Assembly: GCA_965207455.1 (NCBI GenBank)
Contig: CBDBMJ010000001.1
Location: 32,001-96,000, forward strand
Source of the DNA: Bdellovibrionota bacterium
GTDB lineage: Bacteria > Bdellovibrionota > UBA1018 > CAIPTA01 > JAALKR01
Direction of reading: 5' to 3'
Length of the DNA stretch: 64,000 nt
Below, in pieces: positions 1-9,585 of the stretch. A program made the translations under genes and the position numbers. Position 1 is the first letter of the stretch, and each line of letters starts with the position of its first letter. The notes under the pieces were generated by a model. The model did no database searches, was not told the DNA's origin, and saw nothing but the letters and a program-made list of their open reading frames with translations.

Positions 1-44
1 TGCACGTTATGGGACCAGATCCCGACGATGAAAGTGCGCTCTAG
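1..44 (+). CDS. fabI: 3' end of an upstream second copy of enoyl-ACP reductase (partial, runs off window start)
   Basis: nt 1-53 are identical to 2923-2975, i.e. the last codons (..HVMGPDPDDESAL*) and 9 nt downstream of the fabI at 2070-2966. Confidence 0.85.
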   Translation, partial: HVMGPDPDDESAL

Positions 45-86
45 CCTAATTTTTTCTATAACGGCGTGATTTGAAATTACTTGGCA

Positions 87-731
87 TTATTCTTTTAATA
101 GAGCAGGTTCCTCATCAGGCTTTTCTGACATGAATCGGATAAAATCTTCTACTGATCCGGAAACAGGAAGATTGAAATGTGTAGTAACCCTAGAAGAATT
201 GGAATCCTTCCAACTACTAACTGTCTTGTCACTGTAAGCACTTAAGGAAACCAGATCTTTAAAACTTCTAACAAACTTTGTTTTCTCCAATGCTGTTTTA
301 AATCTTTCAAGAAATTTAAAATACTCATAATCGTCTATATGCGGGCGCTCTCTGGATTTTGTCAATAAAAACCAGTAACCCATTTTATAATCATGACTCT
401 TTTCCATTCTTTCCATAATCTCTGAATCTAGTTTGTTTGTGGCTTTTCTTAACTCAGCAGCGCTTTGGCATGTAAACTCAAAGTTAGGGTTAGCTCTTAA
501 TGCCGCATCATTGCGTAACAGAGCAACAGGGTGAGTATAAATTATGTTAAAGTTAACCATTATTCCTTCATATGCATATCTGGAATTTAGTGTATCCGTA
601 ATTTTTCCAGAATTCACCACATCCACAAATTTTTTCATTTCGTAATTAGACATTTCGCTAGTATATACTGAAAGACTTCTCATCAAGTCTTTTTTGTCCT
701 CATCACATAAATGTTCAAACTCATCCGGCAC
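87..731 (-). CDS. Hypothetical protein, possibly the frameshifted C-terminal half of the 737-1549 gene
   Basis: 214-aa ORF; its frame stays open upstream to 767, overlapping the end of the preceding ORF; AT-rich. Confidence 0.55.
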   Translation of the reverse strand: MPDEFEHLCDEDKKDLMRSLSVYTSEMSNYEMKKFVDVVNSGKITDTLNSRYAYEGIMVNFNIIYTHPVALLRNDAALRANPNFEFTCQSAAELRKATNKLDSEIMERMEKSHDYKMGYWFLLTKSRERPHIDDYEYFKFLERFKTALEKTKFVRSFKDLVSLSAYSDKTVSSWKDSNSSRVTTHFNLPVSGSVEDFIRFMSEKPDEEPALLKE

Positions 732-736
732 TCTTT

Positions 737-1549
737 TTAACTCATCGGGAACTTGTCTTTCAAGCTGTTAAGAGTAATTTCTTCTAAAATATCTTGTTTT
801 GCTATCTGTTGAGACCAAATTTGTGCTTCTGTCATAACAGATTCAGCTATTGACTGAAGTTTCGCCTGATCTCTCATTATAAGTTTTTGTATAGATCTTG
901 CTCCTCCATCCATCATAGTTATGTCCTCAGCAGAGAGTGTCACCATCCACCTCCACGTAGTTTCCTGCGCCATTTCCTCATCAGACGTTCCATCTCCTCT
1001 GTAAGGATCAAACGCCTCTTTTTGCGCAGCGCCACGAAACATTATTACTATTTTGGTTGGTGTACGTTGCCATATTTCCCATATTTCTTTAAATGTTACT
1101 TTTCTTGTTGGCTCTTCCGTATATCCACAATTTACATTAGAAAGAGTACTCACAAATTTCCTCCAAGATGAAGAATCTAGTCTGTAGCTCATTGAATGAG
1201 GATTGACTGCTACTGACACTTCATTCACAGTACAGTTCTTCGTGCCAAAAGATAATTGACCTGGTCTGTCTTCATAAGTAACAGTGCAATTATTCAACTT
1301 TGAAATTTCCCGACTCTCCATTTTATGAGTTTTATTATTATACATAACCACCTTTCCCAACTTCGCTCTTGTAGTTACACCAGTAGGGAGGCTTTCTGGC
1401 AAAGCATCGAGACTAAACGTATTATTATATTCTCTAAGAACGTAATTTGTTCCTGTTAATTCTAGGTCACAAAAATACTTTTCCTCTTCCGCTAACGCTA
1501 CATTTGAACATAGGGCTATTAAACCCACTCCTATAATTATATTTTTCAT
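737..1549 (-). CDS. Secreted hypothetical protein, copy 1 (270 aa from ATG 1549)
   Basis: AAGGAG RBS before ATG; signal peptide MKNIIIGVGLIALCSNVALA; near-identical to 3092-3841. Confidence 0.8.
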   Translation of the reverse strand: MKNIIIGVGLIALCSNVALAEEEKYFCDLELTGTNYVLREYNNTFSLDALPESLPTGVTTRAKLGKVVMYNNKTHKMESREISKLNNCTVTYEDRPGQLSFGTKNCTVNEVSVAVNPHSMSYRLDSSSWRKFVSTLSNVNCGYTEEPTRKVTFKEIWEIWQRTPTKIVIMFRGAAQKEAFDPYRGDGTSDEEMAQETTWRWMVTLSAEDITMMDGGARSIQKLIMRDQAKLQSIAESVMTEAQIWSQQIAKQDILEEITLNSLKDKFPMS

Positions 1550-1736
1550 CTTTCGTTCTCCTTTATTATATGGGTTGCGCTGCCGCTTATGAGACAACGC
1601 AACGCGTTTTTGTTTTAATTGATTTACATCATAGAGGAGGTATTGCGATAAGTCAAATATTTTTTGAAGCAAAGCAAAAAAAATAAATGCCTGATTTTAT
1701 TGGATTATTTGAGAAATTTAGCTCTTTTTATTCAAT
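820..1736. repeat. Direct repeat copy A (secreted gene body + promoter + last codons of tatD)
   Basis: Near-identical to 3106-4029; differences are a few SNPs, one 6-bp indel and one extra A in a poly-A run. Confidence 0.95.
1628..1656 (-). promoter_or_regulatory. Sigma70-type promoter of secreted gene copy 1
   Basis: TTGACT-17 nt-TATGAT on minus strand; same at 3920-3948. Confidence 0.65.
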
Positions 1737-2083
1737 GTAGAGGAAAGCTTATTTCCATGGGGTTTGCCATAAAAGATGGTTATATTTTTCATGGATTTTC
1801 CATAAACATTACGAACCAATGTTTAGGAGGGTTTAGTGTAATACAACCTTGTGGTGTAAATAACTGTCCCATTACTTCCTTGGAAGCAGAAAATGTTTCC
1901 GTTAAAGATCCTTTGGAGCTTACCCAAACGATTGCTCCCTATTTAAGTAATTTATTTAGCCGCACGGATGGGCAAGAAAGATTTAATTATAAGGATGTTT
2001 ATCCCAGCATTGAGTCTATTTTTTCTAAAGATTATGTGTCTTCAAAAAAAATAGGCATTAAGGAAAGCCATGCTGAAAATTGA
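1737..2083 (+). pseudogene. lipB: 5'-truncated lipoyl(octanoyl) transferase (C-terminal part only)
   Basis: KLISMGFAIKDGYIFHGFSINI..F.VIQPCG matches the LipB K..HG...N..PCG motifs; homology starts at the duplication junction. Confidence 0.75.
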
Positions 2084-2966
2084 TTTGAGTGGGAAGTTAG
2101 CTTTAGTGGCAGGTGTTGCTGACGATCAAGGTTTTGGTTGGGCGATTACTAAATCCTTAGCAGCAGCGGGAGCGAAAATTATTCTTGCAGCTTGGCCTCC
2201 TGCCTTTAAGATATTGGAAATGTCCCTTAATCGAGGAAAGCTGAACACAGCCTTACCCGAAGGCAAAGAACTGTCTGTGGAACATATCTATCCCTTGGAC
2301 GCTGTCTACGATCGACGCGAAGATGCTCCAGAAGAAATACGCACCAATAAAAGATACTCTGCCTTAGGTGATTTCAGTATTCAGGGTTTGCGAAAAAACA
2401 TAGAGCGAGATTATGGAAAAGACAGTCTTGCCGTTGTAGTGCATTCGTTAGCCAATGGTCCTGAGGTGTCCAAGCCCCTTATGCAAACCTCCCGTACTGG
2501 TTACTTGGCAGCGAACTCTGCCAGTGCCTATTCGTTTGTAAGTATGATCCAAAACCTATCGCCCATAATGCCCAAGGGAGGAGCTTTTTTAGCCCTATCT
2601 TACTTGGCAGCCCATAGGGCAGTTCCGGGTTACGGTGGAGGAATGTCATCGGCAAAAGCTAGCCTAGAATCAGATACAAAAACTCTTTCCTACGAGGCAG
2701 GACGTGAGTTTGGTCATCGTGTAAATACAATTAGTGCTGGACCACTGGCTTCCCGAGCAGCCCGCTCCATTGGCTTTGTGGATGCAATGATATCGTACAG
2801 TGAAGCCCATGCACCACTACAGGATTCCCTCAAAGCGGCAGATGTGGGAAACACCGCTGCCTTTCTTTGCTCCCCCTTAGCGGCAGGTATTACGGGCAGT
2901 ACGGTGTATGTGGACAAAGGCATGCACGTTATGGGACCAGATCCCGACGATGAAAGTGCGCTCTAG
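2070..2966 (+). CDS. fabI: Enoyl-[ACP] reductase (NADH), chlamydial/plastid-type
   Basis: MLKIDLSGKLALVAGVADDQGFGW, HSLANGPEV, YGGGMSSAKA, ISAGPLASRAA motifs. Confidence 0.93.
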   Translation: MLKIDLSGKLALVAGVADDQGFGWAITKSLAAAGAKIILAAWPPAFKILEMSLNRGKLNTALPEGKELSVEHIYPLDAVYDRREDAPEEIRTNKRYSALGDFSIQGLRKNIERDYGKDSLAVVVHSLANGPEVSKPLMQTSRTGYLAANSASAYSFVSMIQNLSPIMPKGGAFLALSYLAAHRAVPGYGGGMSSAKASLESDTKTLSYEAGREFGHRVNTISAGPLASRAARSIGFVDAMISYSEAHAPLQDSLKAADVGNTAAFLCSPLAAGITGSTVYVDKGMHVMGPDPDDESAL

Positions 2967-2978
2967 CCTAATTTTAGG

Positions 2979-3020
2979 CACAAAAAAAGCCTTCTTCATT
3001 TCTAAAGAAAGCTTTCTTGT
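2979..3020. terminator. Imperfect hairpin between convergent fabI and secreted gene
   Basis: CAAAAAAAGCCTTCTT...AAGAAAGCTTTCTTGT inverted repeat with A/T tails. Confidence 0.5.
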
Positions 3021-3091
3021 ATTCTAGAGTAAATAAATACTTATCGGTCGAGGCCAAGCATTCGTCTGACATTATCGGCTGGATCAGTTTT

Positions 3092-3841
3092 TTATTCTTT
3101 TAATTTTTGTGCTTCCGCCTTAACAGATTCAGCTATTGACTGAAGTTTCGCCTGATCTCTCATTATAAGCTTTTGTATAGATCTTGCTCCTCCATCCATA
3201 TCCATCATAGTTATGTCCTCAGCAGAGAGTGTCACCATCCACCTCCACGTAGTTTCCTGCGTCATTTCCTCATCAGACGTTCCATCTCCTCTGTAAGGAT
3301 CAAACGCCTCTTTTTGCGCAGCGCCACGAAGCATTATTACTATTTTGGTTGGTGTACGTTGCCATATTTCCCATATTTCTTTAAATGTTACTTTTCTTGT
3401 TGGCTCTTCCGTATATCCACAATTTACATTAGAAAGAGTACTCACAAATTTCCTCCAAGATGAAGAATCTAGTCTGTAGCTCATTGAATGAGGATTGACT
3501 GCTACTGACACTTCATCTACAGTACAGTTCTTCGTGCCAAAAGATAATTGACCTGGTCTGTCTTCATAAGTAACAGTGCAATTATTCAACTTTGAAATTT
3601 CCCGACTCTCCATTTTATGAGTTTTATTATTATACATAACCACCTTTCCCAACTTCACTCTTGTAGTTACACCAGTAGGGAGGCTTTCTGGCAAAGCATC
3701 GAGACTAAACGTATTATTATATTCTCTAAGAACGTAATTTGTTCCTGTTAATTCTAGGTCACAAAAATACTTTTCCTCTTCCGCTAACGCTACATTTGAA
3801 CATAGGGCTATTAAACCCACTCCTATAATTATATTTTTCAT
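3092..3841 (-). CDS. Secreted hypothetical protein, copy 2 (249 aa)
   Basis: Same RBS, signal peptide and body as 737-1549, but a different C-terminus. Confidence 0.8.
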   Translation of the reverse strand: MKNIIIGVGLIALCSNVALAEEEKYFCDLELTGTNYVLREYNNTFSLDALPESLPTGVTTRVKLGKVVMYNNKTHKMESREISKLNNCTVTYEDRPGQLSFGTKNCTVDEVSVAVNPHSMSYRLDSSSWRKFVSTLSNVNCGYTEEPTRKVTFKEIWEIWQRTPTKIVIMLRGAAQKEAFDPYRGDGTSDEEMTQETTWRWMVTLSAEDITMMDMDGGARSIQKLIMRDQAKLQSIAESVKAEAQKLKE

Positions 3842-4029
3842 CTTTCGTTCTCCTTTATTATATGGGTTGCGCTGCCGCTTATGAGACAACGCAACGCGTT
3901 TTTGTTTTAATTGATTTACATCATAGAGGAGGTATTGCGATAAGTCAAATATTTTTTGAAGCAAAGCAAAAAAAAATAAATGCCTGATTTTATTGGATTA
4001 TTTGAGAAGTTCAGCTCTTTTTATTCAAT
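3106..4029. repeat. Direct repeat copy B
   Basis: Near-identical to 820-1736; ends in TTATTCAAT, the last codons of tatD. Confidence 0.95.
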
Positions 4030-4818
4030 TGGGAGTTGAAAAAGATGGATGGTATTTTTTCGCGTAACTTGTGCCACTTCTTCCAGAGTCACTCCTTTGA
4101 TTTCTGCAACTTTTTCTGCGACCTCACGGGTGTACTGAGGTTTGTTTTTTTTTCCCCGGTAGGGGATGGGAGCTAAAAAGGGCGAGTCTGTTTCCACCAG
4201 CATTTTATCCAAAGGAACAATATCTCGAACAGTGGCACGGACCTCGTCGGCTTTTTTAAATGTAATCATACCAGAAAAGGAAACATAGTAGCCAAGCTCT
4301 AAGGCTTTTTCAGCTAACCAACCTTGGGAACTAAAGCAATGGAGAACGCCGGGGGGGCGGTTAGAGGGTTTCCACGCTTGGGAGTGTTCTTTGAGTAGGG
4401 GAAGGGTGTCGTCCTCTGACTCTCGGGTGTGGAGAACAATGGGCTTTTCACTTTCTACGGATAACTCCAACTGTCTTTGCATGGCCGTTTGTTGCGCTTT
4501 TTTGGGAGAGTGGTTGTAGTGGTAGTCTAGGCCAAGTTCTCCAATGGCAACACAACGCTTGCTCTTAGCGTAGTGCTTTACCTTTTCAAATAAATCGTCG
4601 GTGAGGTCTTTGGCTTCGTGGGGATGGATTCCTGAAGTATGAAATACGTTATCAAAGGTGGAGGCAATGGAATGGGCGCGCTCCAGGCTGTCGGGTTCTG
4701 CTGAGATGGTAATAATATGCTCAATGCCTGCTTCTTTTGCGTCGTCTATGAGGGTTTGGGTGCTGACGTCGTAGTCGTAGTCGAGGTGGGCGTGGCTATC
4801 AATCAGTCCTAGTTTCAT
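4021..4818 (-). CDS. tatD: TatD family deoxyribonuclease
   Basis: IDSHAHL, GIHPH, AIGELGLDY, HCFS, ETDSPFL motifs; ATG 4818 overlaps the upstream stop (TAATG). Confidence 0.93.
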   Translation of the reverse strand: MKLGLIDSHAHLDYDYDVSTQTLIDDAKEAGIEHIITISAEPDSLERAHSIASTFDNVFHTSGIHPHEAKDLTDDLFEKVKHYAKSKRCVAIGELGLDYHYNHSPKKAQQTAMQRQLELSVESEKPIVLHTRESEDDTLPLLKEHSQAWKPSNRPPGVLHCFSSQGWLAEKALELGYYVSFSGMITFKKADEVRATVRDIVPLDKMLVETDSPFLAPIPYRGKKNKPQYTREVAEKVAEIKGVTLEEVAQVTRKNTIHLFQLPIE

Positions 4819-6035
4819 TATTTTTTTTCTTGTTTGGCTACAAAATCTAGAAGTGCTTGCCACTGTTCTGGAGAAAGTCCACCTCCCATTTTTCGTCCAT
4901 TTACCCAGTAGGTTGGAGTGGAATTTACGTCGATGGACGCACCCCAAGCAATATCTCTCTCTATACTTTCTTTTGTTTTTTTATCCGTTAAGCAGGATGT
5001 GTCTATGCCTAATCTTTTCATTTCTTCGTCTATCCATTCCTTGGAGAGGTCCTCTTGTTTATCGAAGATACGATTATGAGCGTTTTGGAACATGCCTTTT
5101 TTTCCAGCACAGTAAGATGCAGCCGCCGCCGTACAAGCCATAAGGTGGTTTCCACCCGACGCATTGGGGTTGCAGGTGCTGTCCAGGGGAAAGTGACGGT
5201 ATACGAACAGCACTCGATCTTTATTTTTTAGAAAAAAGGGTTTAAATGCCTGCGAGGCTTTTTTACAGGCAGGACACTGGAAGTCGCTAAACTTTACAAT
5301 TTTTAATATGGCCTTGTCTTTCTTTGCACCTTTGGCAGAAGGACCCTCAAAAGCTTCTTCGGGTAAAAAGACAGGGCTTGTTTGGGTATATTTTAAAATT
5401 CCACGATTTAAAGCACCACTGTTGTATTTTGCTTTTGTATTGGACTCCACAGCGGTGGAAAACCCAGCCGCTCCTAATACTAATACTGTTGCCAGTATGT
5501 ATGCACTCTTTACGCGTGGGAAGTTTAACTGCATGTCTTTATGGGAAAAGGTTTCCCCATTAGCCATAAGAGCATTTCCCCAATGTAATCCCAAGGCTTT
5601 TACTAAGACGGGCCAAATGCATAGATTGATCAACCAAAGGGCAGCACATCCCACACAAAAGCCTCCCACGATAAAGCGGGAAATAAATGCCATAACCATA
5701 GTTACGATAATGGCAACGGTGGCAAGGTTAAAGGCAGTGTATAGTGGCTCAAAACGGGTTTGCACATTCTGCATGGACCACACGAAGAGACTCATTAAGG
5801 CGATGTAGTAACCTAGGGCAATACCAGCTAAGGGAAAAATCCAAACCTTGGAAAAGGGGGATAGGGCAATTTCCTCACAGCCAGAGGAGGCGTCTGTGAA
5901 AATAGAGCAGCTGCTTTCCAAGCTTCCCGTGCCTGTGATCAGTTCAATATGGATGGTCAGGAGCCAGACGGAAACTGCGGCTCCAGCAAGGGCAAGGAAT
6001 AAAAGTATTCGTAAAAAAAGTTTTTCATTGTTCAT
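4818..6035 (-). CDS. VKOR-family disulfide formation protein fused to a DsbA/thioredoxin domain
   Basis: TM helices with loop Cys pair and CVGC; FSDFQCPAC, YRHFPL, NSTPT in C-terminal domain. Confidence 0.85.
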   Translation of the reverse strand: MNNEKLFLRILLFLALAGAAVSVWLLTIHIELITGTGSLESSCSIFTDASSGCEEIALSPFSKVWIFPLAGIALGYYIALMSLFVWSMQNVQTRFEPLYTAFNLATVAIIVTMVMAFISRFIVGGFCVGCAALWLINLCIWPVLVKALGLHWGNALMANGETFSHKDMQLNFPRVKSAYILATVLVLGAAGFSTAVESNTKAKYNSGALNRGILKYTQTSPVFLPEEAFEGPSAKGAKKDKAILKIVKFSDFQCPACKKASQAFKPFFLKNKDRVLFVYRHFPLDSTCNPNASGGNHLMACTAAAASYCAGKKGMFQNAHNRIFDKQEDLSKEWIDEEMKRLGIDTSCLTDKKTKESIERDIAWGASIDVNSTPTYWVNGRKMGGGLSPEQWQALLDFVAKQEKK

Positions 6036-6044
6036 ATGGATAAT

Positions 6045-6722
6045 TTATCCCAGCATAGAAATGAAAGCAAGAATCCGTTCTTGACCCGGTCCGTCGCGAC
6101 GGTAGGAAGGAAATTCTGTGGGATTGCTATAGGTGCAAGCTCCTAAACAATCCACCTCCAAGGGGATATCCAACTGTTTTGCAGCGGTCTGTAACTGCTC
6201 CTTGTTCTCTCTTTCCAAGTTAAATAAATATTTTTTCTTCCCGAGAAGTTTTAAACAGGAGGGAGAGAAATGTTGAGCCACCTCTTTTCCCACCTCAAAG
6301 ACTTTGAAACTAATGCAAGGGCCGATGCAAGCATGCACACCGCTTATTTCTGTTTGTATTTCTGCTTGCTCCACCAAGCTATGCAAGCTTTTTCCAGCGA
6401 TATTCTTTGCCGTTCCGCGCCAGCCAGCATGAACAGCCATGATGGCCCTTGCTTTTTGATTCTTATCCACAGCACATAATAAAATGGGTGCACAATCGGC
6501 AACACGCACTCCTATGGGTAGGGTTCTTTCTTCGGTTGCAATGGCATCTGCCTCTTTTTCTCGAAAAGGTTTGGAACGAATCCAATTAATAGTATCTCCA
6601 TGTACTTGCTTGGGGAAACTCACAAAGCCCCCGAAGTCAATCCTGTCTGAGCTTTGACTTTTGCGTGTGATAAAGCCATGGCGTAAATTTTTTATTTTTT
6701 CTAACTGGGTGGAATGTATCAT
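6045..6722 (-). CDS. pgeF: Peptidoglycan editing factor / YfiH laccase-domain protein
   Basis: QVHG, ADCAPIL, HAGWRG, IGPCI, PSYRRD motifs. Confidence 0.88.
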   Translation of the reverse strand: MIHSTQLEKIKNLRHGFITRKSQSSDRIDFGGFVSFPKQVHGDTINWIRSKPFREKEADAIATEERTLPIGVRVADCAPILLCAVDKNQKARAIMAVHAGWRGTAKNIAGKSLHSLVEQAEIQTEISGVHACIGPCISFKVFEVGKEVAQHFSPSCLKLLGKKKYLFNLERENKEQLQTAAKQLDIPLEVDCLGACTYSNPTEFPSYRRDGPGQERILAFISMLG

Positions 6723-7732
6723 AATTTACTTTCTTGTTTTGTGGCTCGAAGCTGATTCAGTATACTCTGAAAACTCTTGGGACTTGCTATGGAAAATTCA
6801 CATTTTTCTTTTTTTATGGGGTGATAGAAGGATAAAAAAGAGGAGTGGAGGAGTTGTTGACATTCCGACTCATGATCTTTAATAGCTTTACTCAGTTCAG
6901 GATGGTGCCTAGAAATGGATTGAAGTCCGCTATGGGCTTGTTTGCGAGCGGCTCTTGTGGAGTTATAGTATATGCTGTCTCCCAATAGGGGGTAGCCGTG
7001 GTGGGCTGCATGCACTCGAATTTGATGGGTGCGCCCTGTTTTTAACTGGGCAGAAAAAAAAGAAGATAGGGTAAACTCCTCTATACGTTTAAATGTGGTG
7101 TGAGCATTTTTTCCGTCGGCTTGAACACTCATTTTCCGACGTTGCTTTTTACTCCGTCCAATAGACTCATCCCAAACTCCCTCAGGCGGAAGCACCCCCC
7201 AGCATATCCCCAAGTAGATTCGTTTGACGGTTCGGGATTGGAACTGTTTGGATAGGGCCGTTTGCACGGCATCTGTTTTAGCAATGAGAAGTAAGCCACT
7301 GGTGTTTTTATCGATACGGTGTACGATGCCCGGTCTTTTTTCCTCTCCCATGGAAAGTACTCCACTTTGAATTTCTTTCCTACAGTGGTACATAATGGCG
7401 TTTACCACAGTGCCAGTCCAATTCCCTATTGCTGGATGCACCACCATTCCCGTGGGCTTGTTAATGACTAAAAGGGATTCATCTTCATGGACCACAGAAA
7501 GAGGGATATTCTCTTCTATTAGGGTGGTGGACGAATCCTTGGGAAAGTAAACAGAAATGCTCATCCCCACTGCCACAGAGGCACTCGCTTTTACTTTTTT
7601 TTGATTCAAGCAAGCATGGCCTTCTCGAATTAATTGCTGGGCGTAAGAGCGGCTAATGTCAGGAAAATAAAGAGCTAGATAGGCATCGAAACGTGAACTT
7701 TTTTCTTTTGCTATATGTTCTGAATCTTCCAT
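6719..7732 (-). CDS. rluD: 23S rRNA pseudouridine synthase RluD family
   Basis: S4 domain, NKPTGMVVHP, GIVHRIDKNTSG, TGRTHQIRVH; upstream of pgeF. Confidence 0.9.
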   Translation of the reverse strand: MEDSEHIAKEKSSRFDAYLALYFPDISRSYAQQLIREGHACLNQKKVKASASVAVGMSISVYFPKDSSTTLIEENIPLSVVHEDESLLVINKPTGMVVHPAIGNWTGTVVNAIMYHCRKEIQSGVLSMGEEKRPGIVHRIDKNTSGLLLIAKTDAVQTALSKQFQSRTVKRIYLGICWGVLPPEGVWDESIGRSKKQRRKMSVQADGKNAHTTFKRIEEFTLSSFFSAQLKTGRTHQIRVHAAHHGYPLLGDSIYYNSTRAARKQAHSGLQSISRHHPELSKAIKDHESECQQLLHSSFLSFYHPIKKEKCEFSIASPKSFQSILNQLRATKQESKL

Positions 7733-7734
7733 AC

Positions 7735-8403
7735 TTAGGTTTTTTGAATGGACTGGAGTTGACGTATATAAATTGGAGCTATTCGTTCACTATTGAGTTG
7801 CAAGCCCTTTGCATATTGAGTAACAAAACCTCGAACATAGACCAAGGCAGGTAGCATTTGAATATTCATTTCCTCCATGGCCGTAATATAGCGCTCCGTG
7901 AGTTTTGTATATGTCATCATTTCCTTTATGGTTATATTTTTATACTCGCGTACAGATTTTAGAAAATCACCGTCTATTAGGTCCGCCTTTTCAATTTTTT
8001 CTTCCATTTTAAGGTCCGTAGTATATTCCTTATGAATGTATAGGTCAAAGCTCGCCACACTGGGTTTTTTTAGGTGGACTGGGGTCTGGGGTTCTTGTGC
8101 TTCTGGCTCTATACTTGTTTGCACCTTCAAGTTAGTCACATCTTGCAAACCCTTGGAGTACCACTGGTCCTGTACGTTGTCGTATTTTTTTCGAAGAGTG
8201 GGATTGGTTAGGGTCTTGTAGGCCTGGGATAATTCCTCCAGTATGGCTTTAGGCTGTTCGGAGTCCATTAAACCATAGGATGCTAGGGAATTGGATCGGA
8301 GAGAACTCTTTGCTTCGAAATAGGCTTTTTCGATCACTTCCCTAGAAGCGCTGGGGGAAATATTTAAAATAGCATAGTATGAATCCATATTTGTTTTGTC
8401 CAT
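7735..8403 (-). CDS. DnaJ-like N-domain + RodZ-type HTH protein
   Basis: YYAILNISPSAS..IEKAY and AYKTLTNP..RKKYD (no HPD motif); C-terminal LKSVRE..LPALVYVRGFV..YA..L. Confidence 0.75.
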   Translation of the reverse strand: MDKTNMDSYYAILNISPSASREVIEKAYFEAKSSLRSNSLASYGLMDSEQPKAILEELSQAYKTLTNPTLRKKYDNVQDQWYSKGLQDVTNLKVQTSIEPEAQEPQTPVHLKKPSVASFDLYIHKEYTTDLKMEEKIEKADLIDGDFLKSVREYKNITIKEMMTYTKLTERYITAMEEMNIQMLPALVYVRGFVTQYAKGLQLNSERIAPIYIRQLQSIQKT

Positions 8404-8418
8404 TGAGCTTCCTTTCTT

Positions 8419-9453
8419 TTAGTACTTTCGATAAGCTTGTTCTTTTTCTTCCTCTAGCAGAGTATCTATAAAGCCTTGGATTTTCGGCAGTAGTGGGCTG
8501 GAGGGAAATGCTAGAGCAAGGGGACGACGGCTTCGGACAGACTGCCAAACAGCGCTGTCGTATTCTAAGTAGCCCAAGTAATCCATATGAATACCAAAGT
8601 ACTTACGACATACGTTTCGAATACCAATACCGAGTTCTCCGTCCATTTGGGTGCGCGCCTGGTTAATAGCAAATTTTATATTAAAATCAGTAATTGCTTC
8701 TCGAACCTCCCCCCCAAGCTCAGGGTATTGTCGTTCTAACTCCACTAAAAATCCCGCCGGGGTGGCAATATTTAACTTACCCTGTGAATCCACACGATCT
8801 TTGAGTTCGTTGATAATCTTGTTGGAATTTTCATCACGAGCAACCGTATTGAGTTTTCGAAAGAAAGCACTTTTAATAAAACGATACGTGTTTTCTATGC
8901 TGGTGGGTTCAGGAAGAATTGTTAAAATGCCCACATCCCCTGCTAGAAAAAAATCCAATGTATTAAAGGAAGTTCCTGCACCCAAGTCGAGGATAACGTA
9001 GTCTGCCTTTAAGTTTTTAATTTGAGCTAAGAAGCTTTGTTTTTGGTCGTGGGTGATGTTGGCCACATGGAGTGTGTCGCAAGCACCGCTAATCATGGAT
9101 AGGTTGGGAATGTTTGTGGGGCAAACGATGTCGGAAAATTGCTTTACTTTTTGCTCAAAGAAATCGGTAAGGGTGGGTAGACTTTCGTTGTAAGGTTCTC
9201 CTAGACAGGTGTGCATATTGGCAGCTCCCAGATCCAAATCTATTACGATAACGGAAAATTTCCTTTGTGCTAGGGCAATGCTGAGGTTGGCAGCAAGGAG
9301 CGTTTTGCCCACACCACCCTTTCCTCCACCAACGGACCAAATTTTTAGGCTCCGAGTATCTCGTTTCGCGGACAGCTCGTTTTCGCCTGTGGGAAAGGGA
9401 AACTCAAACTGCTCATCCGCTGTAGTTAACTCTTCTTTTTGCAATGCATCCAT
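8419..9453 (-). CDS. MinD/FlhG (ParA family) P-loop ATPase
   Basis: GGGKGGVGKT, IDLDLGAAN, ILDLGAGT, PEPTSIEN. Confidence 0.88.
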   Translation of the reverse strand: MDALQKEELTTADEQFEFPFPTGENELSAKRDTRSLKIWSVGGGKGGVGKTLLAANLSIALAQRKFSVIVIDLDLGAANMHTCLGEPYNESLPTLTDFFEQKVKQFSDIVCPTNIPNLSMISGACDTLHVANITHDQKQSFLAQIKNLKADYVILDLGAGTSFNTLDFFLAGDVGILTILPEPTSIENTYRFIKSAFFRKLNTVARDENSNKIINELKDRVDSQGKLNIATPAGFLVELERQYPELGGEVREAITDFNIKFAINQARTQMDGELGIGIRNVCRKYFGIHMDYLGYLEYDSAVWQSVRSRRPLALAFPSSPLLPKIQGFIDTLLEEEKEQAYRKY

Positions 9454-9585
9454 GATCGTTCCCTATCTTTTCCTGTTTTTTCCTATTTTTTCCCCTAACT
9501 TAAATTATTCCTTGCAGCAACGCATAAAGTCAACAACTAAGATGAATTTTCAGTTGCGAAAAGAATATTTTTTGCGCATCTTTAA

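Noticed and set aside
1550..1672. N-terminal extensions of the ORF-track calls 737..1672 and 3092..3964
   Set aside because: The region holds the promoter and RBS; the signal peptide starts at ATG 1549/3841
1664..1736. Apparent start of a 139-aa ORF
   Set aside because: Chimeric reading of duplicated intergenic DNA into the lipB fragment
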